Position numbers and translations under genes: made by a program. The notes beneath the pieces are model-generated. The model had not been told where the DNA came from and did not search any database. It was given only the letters and a program-made list of their open reading frames with translations. From assembly GCA_018303365.1 (NCBI GenBank), contig JAGVYI010000016.1, positions 15,330-79,329 of the forward strand: 64,000 bases of DNA, in the 5' to 3' direction. Positions 1-7,862 of this stretch are shown in pieces. The first letter of the stretch is position 1. Each line of letters opens with the position of its first letter. Source of the DNA: Candidatus Woesearchaeota archaeon (lineage in GTDB: Archaea; Nanobdellota; Nanobdellia; SCGC-AAA011-G17; JACPNG01).

Positions 1-435
1 GGTCGCTTTTTTGAACAGACTCTTCCTTTGATTGAAGAGCGTTATATTAAGACCGGAAAGGTTCGTTTTGTCTACAAGGATTTCCCTTTAGAGAGCATTC
101 ATCCACAGGCACTTCCAGCTGCTAGCGCTGCCCGGTGTGCAGGTGAACAGGGCAAGTTTTGGGATTATCATGACCTTATCTTCAATAATCAAGCTTTATT
201 GAGTGATACAAATTATAAGCAATGGGCTGAACAACTTGGTCTTGACATGGATGACTTTAGTTCCTGCTATGACTCTGGCAAGTATGTAAATGATATACGG
301 GCTGATCTTCAAGAGGGTTCGCGTGCTGGTGTTCAGGGCACTCCTGGCTTTCTGATTAACGGCCAACTTGTAAGTGGTGCACAGCCTTTCGCAAACTTTG
401 AGCAGGTCATCGAGGCGGAGCTTTCTGCAGCTTAA
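1..435 (+). CDS. DsbA-family thiol:disulfide oxidoreductase, partial. The 5' end, including the CxxC site, lies upstream of the window.
   Basis: The open frame runs from base 1 with no stop. The C-terminal half matches the DsbA/COG1651 thioredoxin fold (FVYKDFPL...GTPGFLINGQLVSG). Confidence 0.55.
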   Translation, partial: GRFFEQTLPLIEERYIKTGKVRFVYKDFPLESIHPQALPAASAARCAGEQGKFWDYHDLIFNNQALLSDTNYKQWAEQLGLDMDDFSSCYDSGKYVNDIRADLQEGSRAGVQGTPGFLINGQLVSGAQPFANFEQVIEAELSAA

Positions 436-440
436 TCTTT

Positions 441-971
441 ATGAGGGGGCGCTTTTTTCAGATTAAGGAGGTGCTCTCCCACCGCCTTTACTTTTTTTTG
501 TTTATTTTTTTTTCTCTATTTTATATTGGTATTTATTATGGAATTATCCGGTTTTTTTTCTATGGCTTACAAACATTTTTCGTGACTTACAGGCCTTCTT
601 ATGTTTATCCTGCTATTTTTTTGAATTTTATGATTGCACTTCTTGTTGGAACTAACATTTCTCTTCTGGTTTTTTGGATAAAAGAAATTCGCTCTCTTGG
701 TTCTGGAGGCTCTGTTGCCGGGTTTTTTGGCATCTTCGCCGCAGCTCTTGCCAATGGCTGTCCTGGATGCATTGCTGGTCTTTTTCCTTTGTTCCTTTCC
801 CTTTTTGGAATTACTGCTTCACTTAGCATTTTGCCTTTTAATGGGCTTGAGCTTCAAGCGGCAAGTGTTCTTCTTTTGGGAACTTCTATTTTCTTTCTTT
901 CCGGGCAGCGCCGACTTGTTTGTCCAGCCAATATTACAGTTTCCAAGAACGTTAATTTTAAAAGGAGGTAG
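441..971 (+). CDS. Polytopic membrane protein with a CPGC motif in a hydrophobic segment; candidate membrane redox partner for the flanking DsbA-like and Trx-like proteins.
   Basis: Very hydrophobic 176-aa ORF. ANGCPGCIAGLFP contains the only CxxC pair. It lies 5 nt after the DsbA-like gene and 14 nt before the CPHC Trx-like gene. Confidence 0.4.
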   Translation: MRGRFFQIKEVLSHRLYFFLFIFFSLFYIGIYYGIIRFFFYGLQTFFVTYRPSYVYPAIFLNFMIALLVGTNISLLVFWIKEIRSLGSGGSVAGFFGIFAAALANGCPGCIAGLFPLFLSLFGITASLSILPFNGLELQAASVLLLGTSIFFLSGQRRLVCPANITVSKNVNFKRR

Positions 972-985
972 GCGGTTAGTCTAAT

Positions 986-1363
986 ATGTGTTCTGTTACC
1001 TTTACTTTCCTTATTGCTAGCCTTTTTGTCCTTGCTGGCTGTACAGGCAATGTTGTCAAGGTTTTACCCGGGGAATATGATGGGTTTGTTTCATGTCTTC
1101 TTGACAAGAACGTAAAGATGTACGGTGCTTATTGGTGTCCTCATTGTGCTAACCAAAAAGAACTGTTTGGAGATTCTTTCACCCTTTTTGAGGCAAGTGG
1201 TGGATATGTTGAGTGCGACCCGAAGGGTAGAAATGCCCAGCCACTTGAATGTACAAAGAAAGGCATTACTGGATTTCCTACTTGGATTTTCTCAGAGGGT
1301 CAGCGCGTTAGCGGTACCCAACCGCTTACTTCATTAAGTGAACTTTCTGACTGTCCATTATGA
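986..1363 (+). CDS. Thioredoxin-like lipoprotein with a CPHC active site, of the VKOR/DsbB-associated Trx-like domain type.
   Basis: The N-terminus has a lipobox-like LAGC. YGAYWCPHCANQKELFG closely resembles the Trx-like domain fused to bacterial VKOR homologues. Confidence 0.5.
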   Translation: MCSVTFTFLIASLFVLAGCTGNVVKVLPGEYDGFVSCLLDKNVKMYGAYWCPHCANQKELFGDSFTLFEASGGYVECDPKGRNAQPLECTKKGITGFPTWIFSEGQRVSGTQPLTSLSELSDCPL

Positions 1364-1986
1364 AGTATGACCTATTTATAGTTTTTTTTCTTGCTTTGCT
1401 TTCCCCCCTTTTTATTTCTCTTTTTACTATACATCTTTTCGTTTATGATGCTGGATTTTATCATGATGCTTTTTTGAAGTATGGGGTTTATGAGCGTGTG
1501 CCTTTTGATGCAGATTCAGCTCTTTTAGATATTATTTCTTTTCTTCGAGGAGGAGAACTTACTTCTTCTGTTTTTTCTGAAACAGAATTTCTTCATCTAT
1601 TAGACGTCAGGAACTTATTTTTTTACGGAGAAATAATCTTTTATGCCATTAGCATCTTATTCTTATTCTGGATTGGATTTCTTTTCTTTCGTCGCCACTA
1701 TGCCCTAATTTTCTATCTCTTTTTCTATGGAGGCCTGTTTTCTATATTACTTTTTTCACTTTTTACTTTGCTACCTTTCTCTTCTATATTCCTAAACTTT
1801 CATCTGGCCTTTTTTTCTAATGATTACTGGATACTGCCTTCTGATTCTTCGCTTGTCCTTCTATTCCCTCAGGAGTTTTTCTTTGATTTTTATCGTATTA
1901 TACTACTTTATAGTTTTATCTGGTCATTTTTGTTTCTTGTTATAGCTTTTCTTATTTATAGGCTCAGGTTACGTACCCTTTTATGA
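1360..1986 (+). CDS. Integral membrane protein, function unknown.
   Basis: Multiple hydrophobic helices. Its start overlaps the stop of the preceding gene (ATGA). Confidence 0.3.
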   Translation: MKYDLFIVFFLALLSPLFISLFTIHLFVYDAGFYHDAFLKYGVYERVPFDADSALLDIISFLRGGELTSSVFSETEFLHLLDVRNLFFYGEIIFYAISILFLFWIGFLFFRRHYALIFYLFFYGGLFSILLFSLFTLLPFSSIFLNFHLAFFSNDYWILPSDSSLVLLFPQEFFFDFYRIILLYSFIWSFLFLVIAFLIYRLRLRTLL

Positions 1987-2608
1987 GAAGTTTTCCTAGT
2001 GTGCTTATCTTTATATCCAGCTTCCCCCTTTTTTGTTGCACGTCAACAAGGCCTAGTTGTTTGAGCCCTTCAGATTTTATTGTTCCATTTACATGATAGG
2101 AGACAAGTGGAAGACTCATCTTCGCTTTTCTACTTAGTTCTTCAAGAGATGCACAGCACCCGTCTTCATACAGCAGTTTTAGAATATTCAACTTTCTCTC
2201 AGTGAGGATCTTATAATACGAGAATTTCAGCACAGGCAATAGCATCACTTGGTTCTCAGCCACACTAAATGCTTTTAGTCCATTTACGAATGCCGCCGAA
2301 GTTGCTGCACACTGGGTTTCCCTGTCTCCTGTTGCTACATTTACAATGATATTCTTGTCTCCTTCCTCGCTTCTTATTTTTGAGACCGCCCTGAACATTT
2401 CTTCCCATACTTCACCCTTGATTTCTTTTATCTGCACCTGTATCTTGAATTTTTCAATCTCTTTTTTCAACTTATTTGCGTCATCTATTCTTTTTGGCGG
2501 AGAGATAAGGATAATCCTATCTGTGGGGAATTCCTTTAACCCCACAAAAATGGCATCTAGGTTATCCCCTACAGGAGCAACGACAATGTTTTTCATGTTT
2601 TGTAACAT
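1964..2608 (-). CDS. Rossmann-like (CARF/Csa3-like) N-terminal domain fused to a C-terminal winged helix-turn-helix; putative ligand-responsive transcription regulator.
   Basis: The N-terminus NIVVAPVGDNLDAIFVGL...RIILISP looks like a CARF/Rossmann domain. The C-terminus LNILKLLYEDGCCASLEELSRKAKMSLPLVSYHV is a wHTH. Confidence 0.3.
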   Translation of the reverse strand: MLQNMKNIVVAPVGDNLDAIFVGLKEFPTDRIILISPPKRIDDANKLKKEIEKFKIQVQIKEIKGEVWEEMFRAVSKIRSEEGDKNIIVNVATGDRETQCAATSAAFVNGLKAFSVAENQVMLLPVLKFSYYKILTERKLNILKLLYEDGCCASLEELSRKAKMSLPLVSYHVNGTIKSEGLKQLGLVDVQQKRGKLDIKISTLGKLLIKGYVT

Positions 2609-2723
2609 AAAAAGGTAGTATTTAAGATTTTTCTTTGTTTTTTTCTTCTTAAAACCCTTTTTTTATCTTAAAGCGAATTAAATTATACTCTCTTTCAGTT
2701 GCTTTATGTCGGAGGTGGTATTT

Positions 2724-2846
2724 ATGCGCCAAGTTGTTGTTTGCCGTGGAGGCAAATGCTATGATCTGACAAGGGACCTTTTTGAAGATGATGACGACCT
2801 TATTTCCCAGATAGAGTCTGACTTGTGGAAGGGGGTGGTCTCTTAA
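2724..2846 (+). CDS. Possible 40-aa micro-protein, MRQVVVCRGGKCYDL...
   Basis: GGAGGTGG lies 6 nt upstream of the ATG. It is absent from the ORF track because it is short. No homology support. Confidence 0.2.
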   Translation: MRQVVVCRGGKCYDLTRDLFEDDDDLISQIESDLWKGVVS

Positions 2847-2883
2847 AGGAAATATTTATATAAGTTGTCTGTGTGTATTCTCC

Positions 2884-3138
2884 ATGGCAAAGGTAAAAGT
2901 TTATTCAACGAGTACCTGTCCTTGGTGCCATAAGACCAAGGAATTTCTTAAGGAACACCGTATTCCTTTTGATGATATTAATGTTGAGGAAGATCAAAAG
3001 GCTGCTCAAGATATGGTTAAAAGGTCTGGTCAGATGGGTGTTCCTGTTATTGATATTGCTGGCGAGATTGTTGTTGGCTTTGACAAATCTCGCATTGAAA
3101 AAGCCCTTAAGAAGAACGGTCTACTTAAAGCAGCATAA
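2884..3138 (+). CDS. Glutaredoxin / NrdH-like redoxin.
   Basis: 84 aa with a CPWC active site, TCPWCHKTKEFL...GVPVI..GFD. Confidence 0.75.
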   Translation: MAKVKVYSTSTCPWCHKTKEFLKEHRIPFDDINVEEDQKAAQDMVKRSGQMGVPVIDIAGEIVVGFDKSRIEKALKKNGLLKAA

Positions 3139-3173
3139 TCAACATTTATATAGTTGTTTTCTTTTTTTCTTTT

Positions 3174-3869
3174 GTGCTTAGGGTTGCTGTTTTGGGCAAG
3201 GATAAGAAACGCGTTTCTTTTTATACCGCTATCCTTAGACGTACAGGCAATTTTCAGATAGTTACCCGACAGCCGGATGTTGTTTTTTCTATTGGTGGCG
3301 ATGGCTCTTTTTTTTATGCGGAGAGGGCATATCCCGGGATTCTAAAGGTTTTAGTTAAAGACAGCAAGGTGTGCCGACTTTGCAGCAGCCCTAAGTCTTT
3401 CTCTACTATTTTATCTTCCCTTCTTAATAAAAAATACAAGGTGGGTTTCTTAAAGAAATTGGGGGCATTTATTCACGGGAAACAATTTTTTCGGTGCATC
3501 AATGATTTTGTAATTAGAAATACCCGTCAGTATGAAGCTATCCGTTTTTCTGTTTTTGTTGGTTCAAAAAGGGTTGCTTCTTCTGTTATTGGAGATGGAA
3601 TTATAATTTCTACTTCCCGAGGCTCTGGTGGATATTTTTCTTCTGTTACAGAGAAATCTTTCTCAAATGGTTTTGGTATTGCTTTTAATAATCCTACCCT
3701 ACCTATTAAACCGATTTTTTTTAAGGATGGTCAAGGTGTTTCTTTTGTTCTTGAGCGAGGGGAGGCTATTTTGAGTTCTGACAATAATCCGAAAGTTGTT
3801 CCTCTTAAGAAAGGCAATCGCGTTTCTTTTAGGAGCATTAAAGAACGAGGAGTTTTGTTTGAGTTTTAG
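3174..3869 (+). CDS. nadK: NAD+ kinase.
   Basis: GTG start. GGDG motif (SIGGDGSFF) and the DGIIISTSRGSGGY motif of NAD kinases are present. Confidence 0.75.
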   Translation: MLRVAVLGKDKKRVSFYTAILRRTGNFQIVTRQPDVVFSIGGDGSFFYAERAYPGILKVLVKDSKVCRLCSSPKSFSTILSSLLNKKYKVGFLKKLGAFIHGKQFFRCINDFVIRNTRQYEAIRFSVFVGSKRVASSVIGDGIIISTSRGSGGYFSSVTEKSFSNGFGIAFNNPTLPIKPIFFKDGQGVSFVLERGEAILSSDNNPKVVPLKKGNRVSFRSIKERGVLFEF

Positions 3870-3909
3870 ATTTAGGTGCAATAATTATGAGAGATGATTT
3901 TCTTTTACT

Positions 3910-4413
3910 TTGAAGGTAAGTCGAGAAACTGATGTTAATAGGATCTTGGACGAATTTTCAGGCAAGTTACCACAGTTTCCAGATGGCAGGATTGACTATT
4001 CCGAATCTTTGAGGGCACCAGTTATAACTTGTTTTGTAAGATTTAAAGATAAAGTTCTTCTTTTGAAAAGAAGCGATAATGTTGGGGCATATCGGGGAAA
4101 GTGGAATGCTGTTGCTGGCTATATTGATGAAGCAAAACCTCTCTCTATGAAGGTGATGGATGAACTCAAAGAGGAGCTTGGAATTCTACATGATGATATT
4201 CTTAGGATTGAATTTGGTGCGCCTTATGAATTTTATGACCTTGGTATAGAAAGGACATGGATTATCTATCCATGTGTTGCTGATTTAAGAAATAACCGAA
4301 AAATAAGGCTTGATTGGGAGCATACTGCGTTTAAGTGGATCTATCCTGATGAAATATTTGATTATGATATTGTTCCACGCTTAGATGAAAGCTTAAACCG
4401 TGTATTGGGGTAG
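3910..4413 (+). CDS. NUDIX hydrolase.
   Basis: Nudix box GYIDEAKPLSMKVMDELKEELGI. The start codon (TTG at 3910) is uncertain. Confidence 0.65.
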   Translation: MKVSRETDVNRILDEFSGKLPQFPDGRIDYSESLRAPVITCFVRFKDKVLLLKRSDNVGAYRGKWNAVAGYIDEAKPLSMKVMDELKEELGILHDDILRIEFGAPYEFYDLGIERTWIIYPCVADLRNNRKIRLDWEHTAFKWIYPDEIFDYDIVPRLDESLNRVLG

Positions 4414-4929
4414 ATAACTTGCTGCCTTTTTTATAATACGGCTCATTTGACTCATAAGCGGAAATGTATCCCTACTTTTACTCGCAAGATTTTTCTCCAG
4501 ACCTTCTTTTTTTGACCTCATTGTCTGGAGAAGCGTTTCATAGTCTTGAAAATACGTTCCATTCTCTTCAAACCATTCTTCTGCATATCTTATTGACTGA
4601 TACCTTCTGTCAGAGATTAACTGTCTTGCCGTGATTATATTAATCCCTCTTAAGACTGCCCCTTCTGCTGTCTCTTTTACGCAGAAAGCTGCATTAATTC
4701 CAGTTATAAGCAAGAATTTGACATCCCATTTTCTTAACAGATTTTCTAGTGTTCCACTAGTGAACCCATCATCACTATCTTTTTCAATGAATATGTGCCT
4801 TTTAACCTCTTGAATAATTTCCCTTAATCTTTTGGTTGTCCTTCCCTTTCCCTGATACTCTAACGCTATAAGCGGGTAGTCTTGCACACAGTTTATATAA
4901 ATCGATAGACGGTGCCTCAACTTTACCAT
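4393..4929 (-). CDS. Isochorismatase-family cysteine hydrolase (nicotinamidase-like).
   Basis: Catalytic region LITGINAAFCV and D...K spacing typical of PncA/isochorismatase hydrolases. Confidence 0.6.
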   Translation of the reverse strand: MVKLRHRLSIYINCVQDYPLIALEYQGKGRTTKRLREIIQEVKRHIFIEKDSDDGFTSGTLENLLRKWDVKFLLITGINAAFCVKETAEGAVLRGINIITARQLISDRRYQSIRYAEEWFEENGTYFQDYETLLQTMRSKKEGLEKNLASKSRDTFPLMSQMSRIIKKAASYLPQYTV

Positions 4930-5000
4930 TTTTTGTGTGCATGGCTGCTCTTTTTACAGTCTTCTTAGAATCGTATGTTTTAACCGTCTTTCTATAATTA

Positions 5001-5543
5001 TTGCGGCTTTTAAGCCTAGCGAAATTTATATATAGGCTATTTTTGGTATTTTTCTCTATGACCCAGAAACACCAGTCAGTAGCTTCTGTTTATAAGGGAT
5101 TTTCAGACAAATACAGTCTTCCCTCATTTAAGAAACTTAATAATATTTTTGAGATAAGTGCTTCTTTAGCTGATGGCAAAGACCCTAAATTCTTTCTTCG
5201 TGACCTGAGGCGCTGTATGGTCGAGAAGGTATCTGAATGTGCTAACTTTGTTGAAGACATTCTTTCTCCTTCATCTAACTCGGCTGCTCTATTTTACGAA
5301 GGGCGCTCTATTAATGGCAAGGTTCACGAAGATGCAGTACTTGTTTTGAAAACATTGATGCCTTTTGTCAGGCGCTCATTTCTTTTAGATATTCTCTCTG
5401 ACGATTCTGGAGAGTCTAAATTCATTACCGAGATTTTCTGCATATGGGGAGATATTCAACAAGCAATCAAGCGTATTTCCACTTCTCTTGAACTTTCCTG
5501 GAAGGAAAAAAGCAAAGCTAATTTCGAGAAGTATATTGGTTAA
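5001..5543 (+). CDS. Hypothetical protein.
   Basis: ORF only. It ends 1 nt before the adk start. The true start may be the internal Met at MTQKHQ. Confidence 0.3.
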   Translation: MRLLSLAKFIYRLFLVFFSMTQKHQSVASVYKGFSDKYSLPSFKKLNNIFEISASLADGKDPKFFLRDLRRCMVEKVSECANFVEDILSPSSNSAALFYEGRSINGKVHEDAVLVLKTLMPFVRRSFLLDILSDDSGESKFITEIFCIWGDIQQAIKRISTSLELSWKEKSKANFEKYIG

Positions 5544-5544
5544 G

Positions 5545-6165
5545 ATGCGCATTTCTCTTCTTGGCGCACCTGGGTCTGGCAAAGGAAGTCAAGCTAAACT
5601 TTTGTGCGAGAGATACTCTCTTGAATGGATTTCTACAGGTGCTCTTTTCAGAGAGGCTATTTCAAATGGAACCGCTCTTGGACGTCAGGTTGCACCTTAC
5701 CTTGAGAAGGGGGTTCTTGTTCCCTATAGCCTTACAATGGATCTTCTTCGCGGGCGGCTTTCTGCTCGGCATGATGATTTTCTTCTTGACGGATTTCCAC
5801 GCACTACTGAGCAGGCAAAATCTTTTACAGACATCAATTCTTTTGATCATGTAATTTTTCTTCGCGTTCATGATGAAGTTATTGTATCCCGTCTTTCCAG
5901 CCGATATGTATGTTCTTGCAGCATTGCCTATAATCTTCTGACAAAAAAACCAAAACAAGATCTTACTTGCGATGTATGCAAAAGGCCTCTTTATCGGCGT
6001 GATGATGATAAGCCAGAAGTTATCCGTTTGCGCCTTGCTATTTATCATCAGGAGACAGAACCTCTTATTAAATATTATAAAGATAGGGGTATTCTGCTTG
6101 ATGTTGACGGTTCTCTTTCAATCAATAAAGTATTCTCCCAGATTACCTCTTTTCTAGACGGCTAA
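5545..6165 (+). CDS. adk: Adenylate kinase, bacterial/long type with a zinc-binding LID.
   Basis: P-loop LLGAPGSGKGSQ, the LID cysteines CSCS...CDVC, and conserved RxDD. Confidence 0.85.
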   Translation: MRISLLGAPGSGKGSQAKLLCERYSLEWISTGALFREAISNGTALGRQVAPYLEKGVLVPYSLTMDLLRGRLSARHDDFLLDGFPRTTEQAKSFTDINSFDHVIFLRVHDEVIVSRLSSRYVCSCSIAYNLLTKKPKQDLTCDVCKRPLYRRDDDKPEVIRLRLAIYHQETEPLIKYYKDRGILLDVDGSLSINKVFSQITSFLDG

Positions 6166-6208
6166 TTTTCCACGAAGTTTTTAAATACCCGCTTTCTTTA
6201 TTTTCTTC

Positions 6209-6964
6209 ATGCAAAAAAGAGGACAACTTTACATTATTGCTGCACTTATTTTTAGTGCAGTTCTTTATACCCTTGCTACGCAAGCAAATACCTACAGGCA
6301 AGAAGACTTTGCCGAGGGTTTTGATGACCTTTCGACCAACTATGCTACTGAGAGCGAACGTCTTGTCAATTCACTTTTATATTCTAATCAAGATGTTCTT
6401 TCCGGGTTTACTAATTTTACACTTCTTTTTACCGGCTATACTAAATCGAAGAATCCTTCCTTTGGCTTGATATACATCTTTGAATTTAATGAGACTATTC
6501 AGGTTGGCAATTTTCTTGACCGGCCTATTATTATTGATACCGGTGATGCACAAAGTTATGATTTTCATAATTTGGAGGGGTGTTTTGACCGCGTTTCTGC
6601 TGTTGTGAAGTTTGCTGGTCTTTCTTTTTCCAGCGACGTTGCTGCAGGTGATATCCAGGAGTGCATTCTTACTTTTCCTACCAAGGATCAGATATGGATT
6701 GGAGTTGATGATGCCTGGTATCCTTTCTCTGTTGTTCGCGGCAAACCAACACTTATGATTGTTACCCGCCAAGAAGCCCAAGAACAAAGAAAGGTTTTTA
6801 TAGGCGGTGAAGGATTTGTTCGTAACAACCGTGACCGTCCTGGACTTCGCTCTCATTGCGAACAGTTGTCTTTGACTTCATGTGAGCTTGCAGGCAATAG
6901 GCGTCTTTGCTGTGTCAGGGATGGTGATTGCGTTCCGCAATATAACTGCATGGAAGAGGGGTGA
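6209..6964 (+). CDS. Class-III signal peptide (archaeal type IV pilin-like) protein.
   Basis: N-terminus MQKRGQ followed by about 20 hydrophobic residues (LYIIAALIFSAVLYTLA). It is first in a run of three overlapping pilin-like genes. Confidence 0.5.
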   Translation: MQKRGQLYIIAALIFSAVLYTLATQANTYRQEDFAEGFDDLSTNYATESERLVNSLLYSNQDVLSGFTNFTLLFTGYTKSKNPSFGLIYIFEFNETIQVGNFLDRPIIIDTGDAQSYDFHNLEGCFDRVSAVVKFAGLSFSSDVAAGDIQECILTFPTKDQIWIGVDDAWYPFSVVRGKPTLMIVTRQEAQEQRKVFIGGEGFVRNNRDRPGLRSHCEQLSLTSCELAGNRRLCCVRDGDCVPQYNCMEEG

Positions 6965-7401
6965 TGTTTATCTTGAAAAAAGGTGTCGGTGCTCTTATAG
7001 GATGGGTTCTTCTTCTGGGTTTTGTTATTAGTATTGGCACTATGGTTTTTTTGAGTTTGCGGACTCATACTACTGAGCTTAGCGATCGTACTGTGAATTA
7101 TATATCTGGGCGCCTTGAATGTTCGGAAATCAACATTAACGTTGTTACTGCTCCTTCTTGCTCTTCGTTCTCCGTGACTAACAGGGGTGTTCTTAATATC
7201 GACCAAGTTGCTGTACGAATTTATAACGGCGAGACCCCAGTTGGTCAAACCCAGATATTTGAGAGTGTTATTGCGCCACATGCAACTGTAGATTATACGC
7301 CAGATTCTTCTGGTGAGCGCATAGAGGTTATTCCTATTGTTCTTATTGATAACAAACCATCAGGCTGTCTTGAGCGGAGGATTATCAAGCCATGTGGTTG
7401 A
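6961..7401 (+). CDS. Class-III signal peptide pilin-like protein.
   Basis: MMFILKKGVGALIGWVLLLGFVISIGTMVFL. ATGA overlap with the upstream gene. Confidence 0.5.
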   Translation: MMFILKKGVGALIGWVLLLGFVISIGTMVFLSLRTHTTELSDRTVNYISGRLECSEININVVTAPSCSSFSVTNRGVLNIDQVAVRIYNGETPVGQTQIFESVIAPHATVDYTPDSSGERIEVIPIVLIDNKPSGCLERRIIKPCG

Positions 7402-7862
7402 CTTCCAGGCAGGGTATTTCACCCTTTATTGCGACTGTTCTTCTGATTGGGCTTACAGTTACTGTTGCGCTTACAGTTATTCTTTGGGGTAGGAGTTACA
7501 TCCAAGAGCGCGCTGCTAAAGAAGGGGCTCTTTCTGAGAAGCAACTTACCTGCAAGATGATTTCATTTACTGCTACCCAGTCTTATCAGCAGTCTGGAGA
7601 GGTACACCTTGTGCTTAAAAATAAGGAAGACATTTCTATTGATAAATTTACTTTCCGCATTGAAGGGTCTGCTGCTGAACCAAAAGAGCGATATGATACG
7701 CTTCCTTCCCTTGCTACCAAAGAATATATTCTTTCATTTACTGAGGATGAACTGCAAAATATCGACCAGGTTTTTATTGTTCCTTGGCTTCGCGTTGCTT
7801 CAGGAGTTTATGTTCCCTGTTCTGACCAACATTTAACGGTCAATATTCTTTCGACTTCTTGA
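7392..7862 (+). CDS. Archaeal pilin/flagellin-like protein (DUF361-type N-terminus).
   Basis: RQGISPFIATVLLIGLTVTVA is the canonical archaeal class-III, DUF361-like N-terminus. Confidence 0.6.
   Translation: MWLTSRQGISPFIATVLLIGLTVTVALTVILWGRSYIQERAAKEGALSEKQLTCKMISFTATQSYQQSGEVHLVLKNKEDISIDKFTFRIEGSAAEPKERYDTLPSLATKEYILSFTEDELQNIDQVFIVPWLRVASGVYVPCSDQHLTVNILSTS

Noticed and set aside
605-984. ORFs 605..829 (minus) and 697..984 (plus) overlapping the CPGC membrane protein gene
   Set aside because: These are alternative-frame translations of a hydrophobic membrane-protein gene. The longer hydrophobic frame, with operon-like spacing to its neighbours, was preferred.
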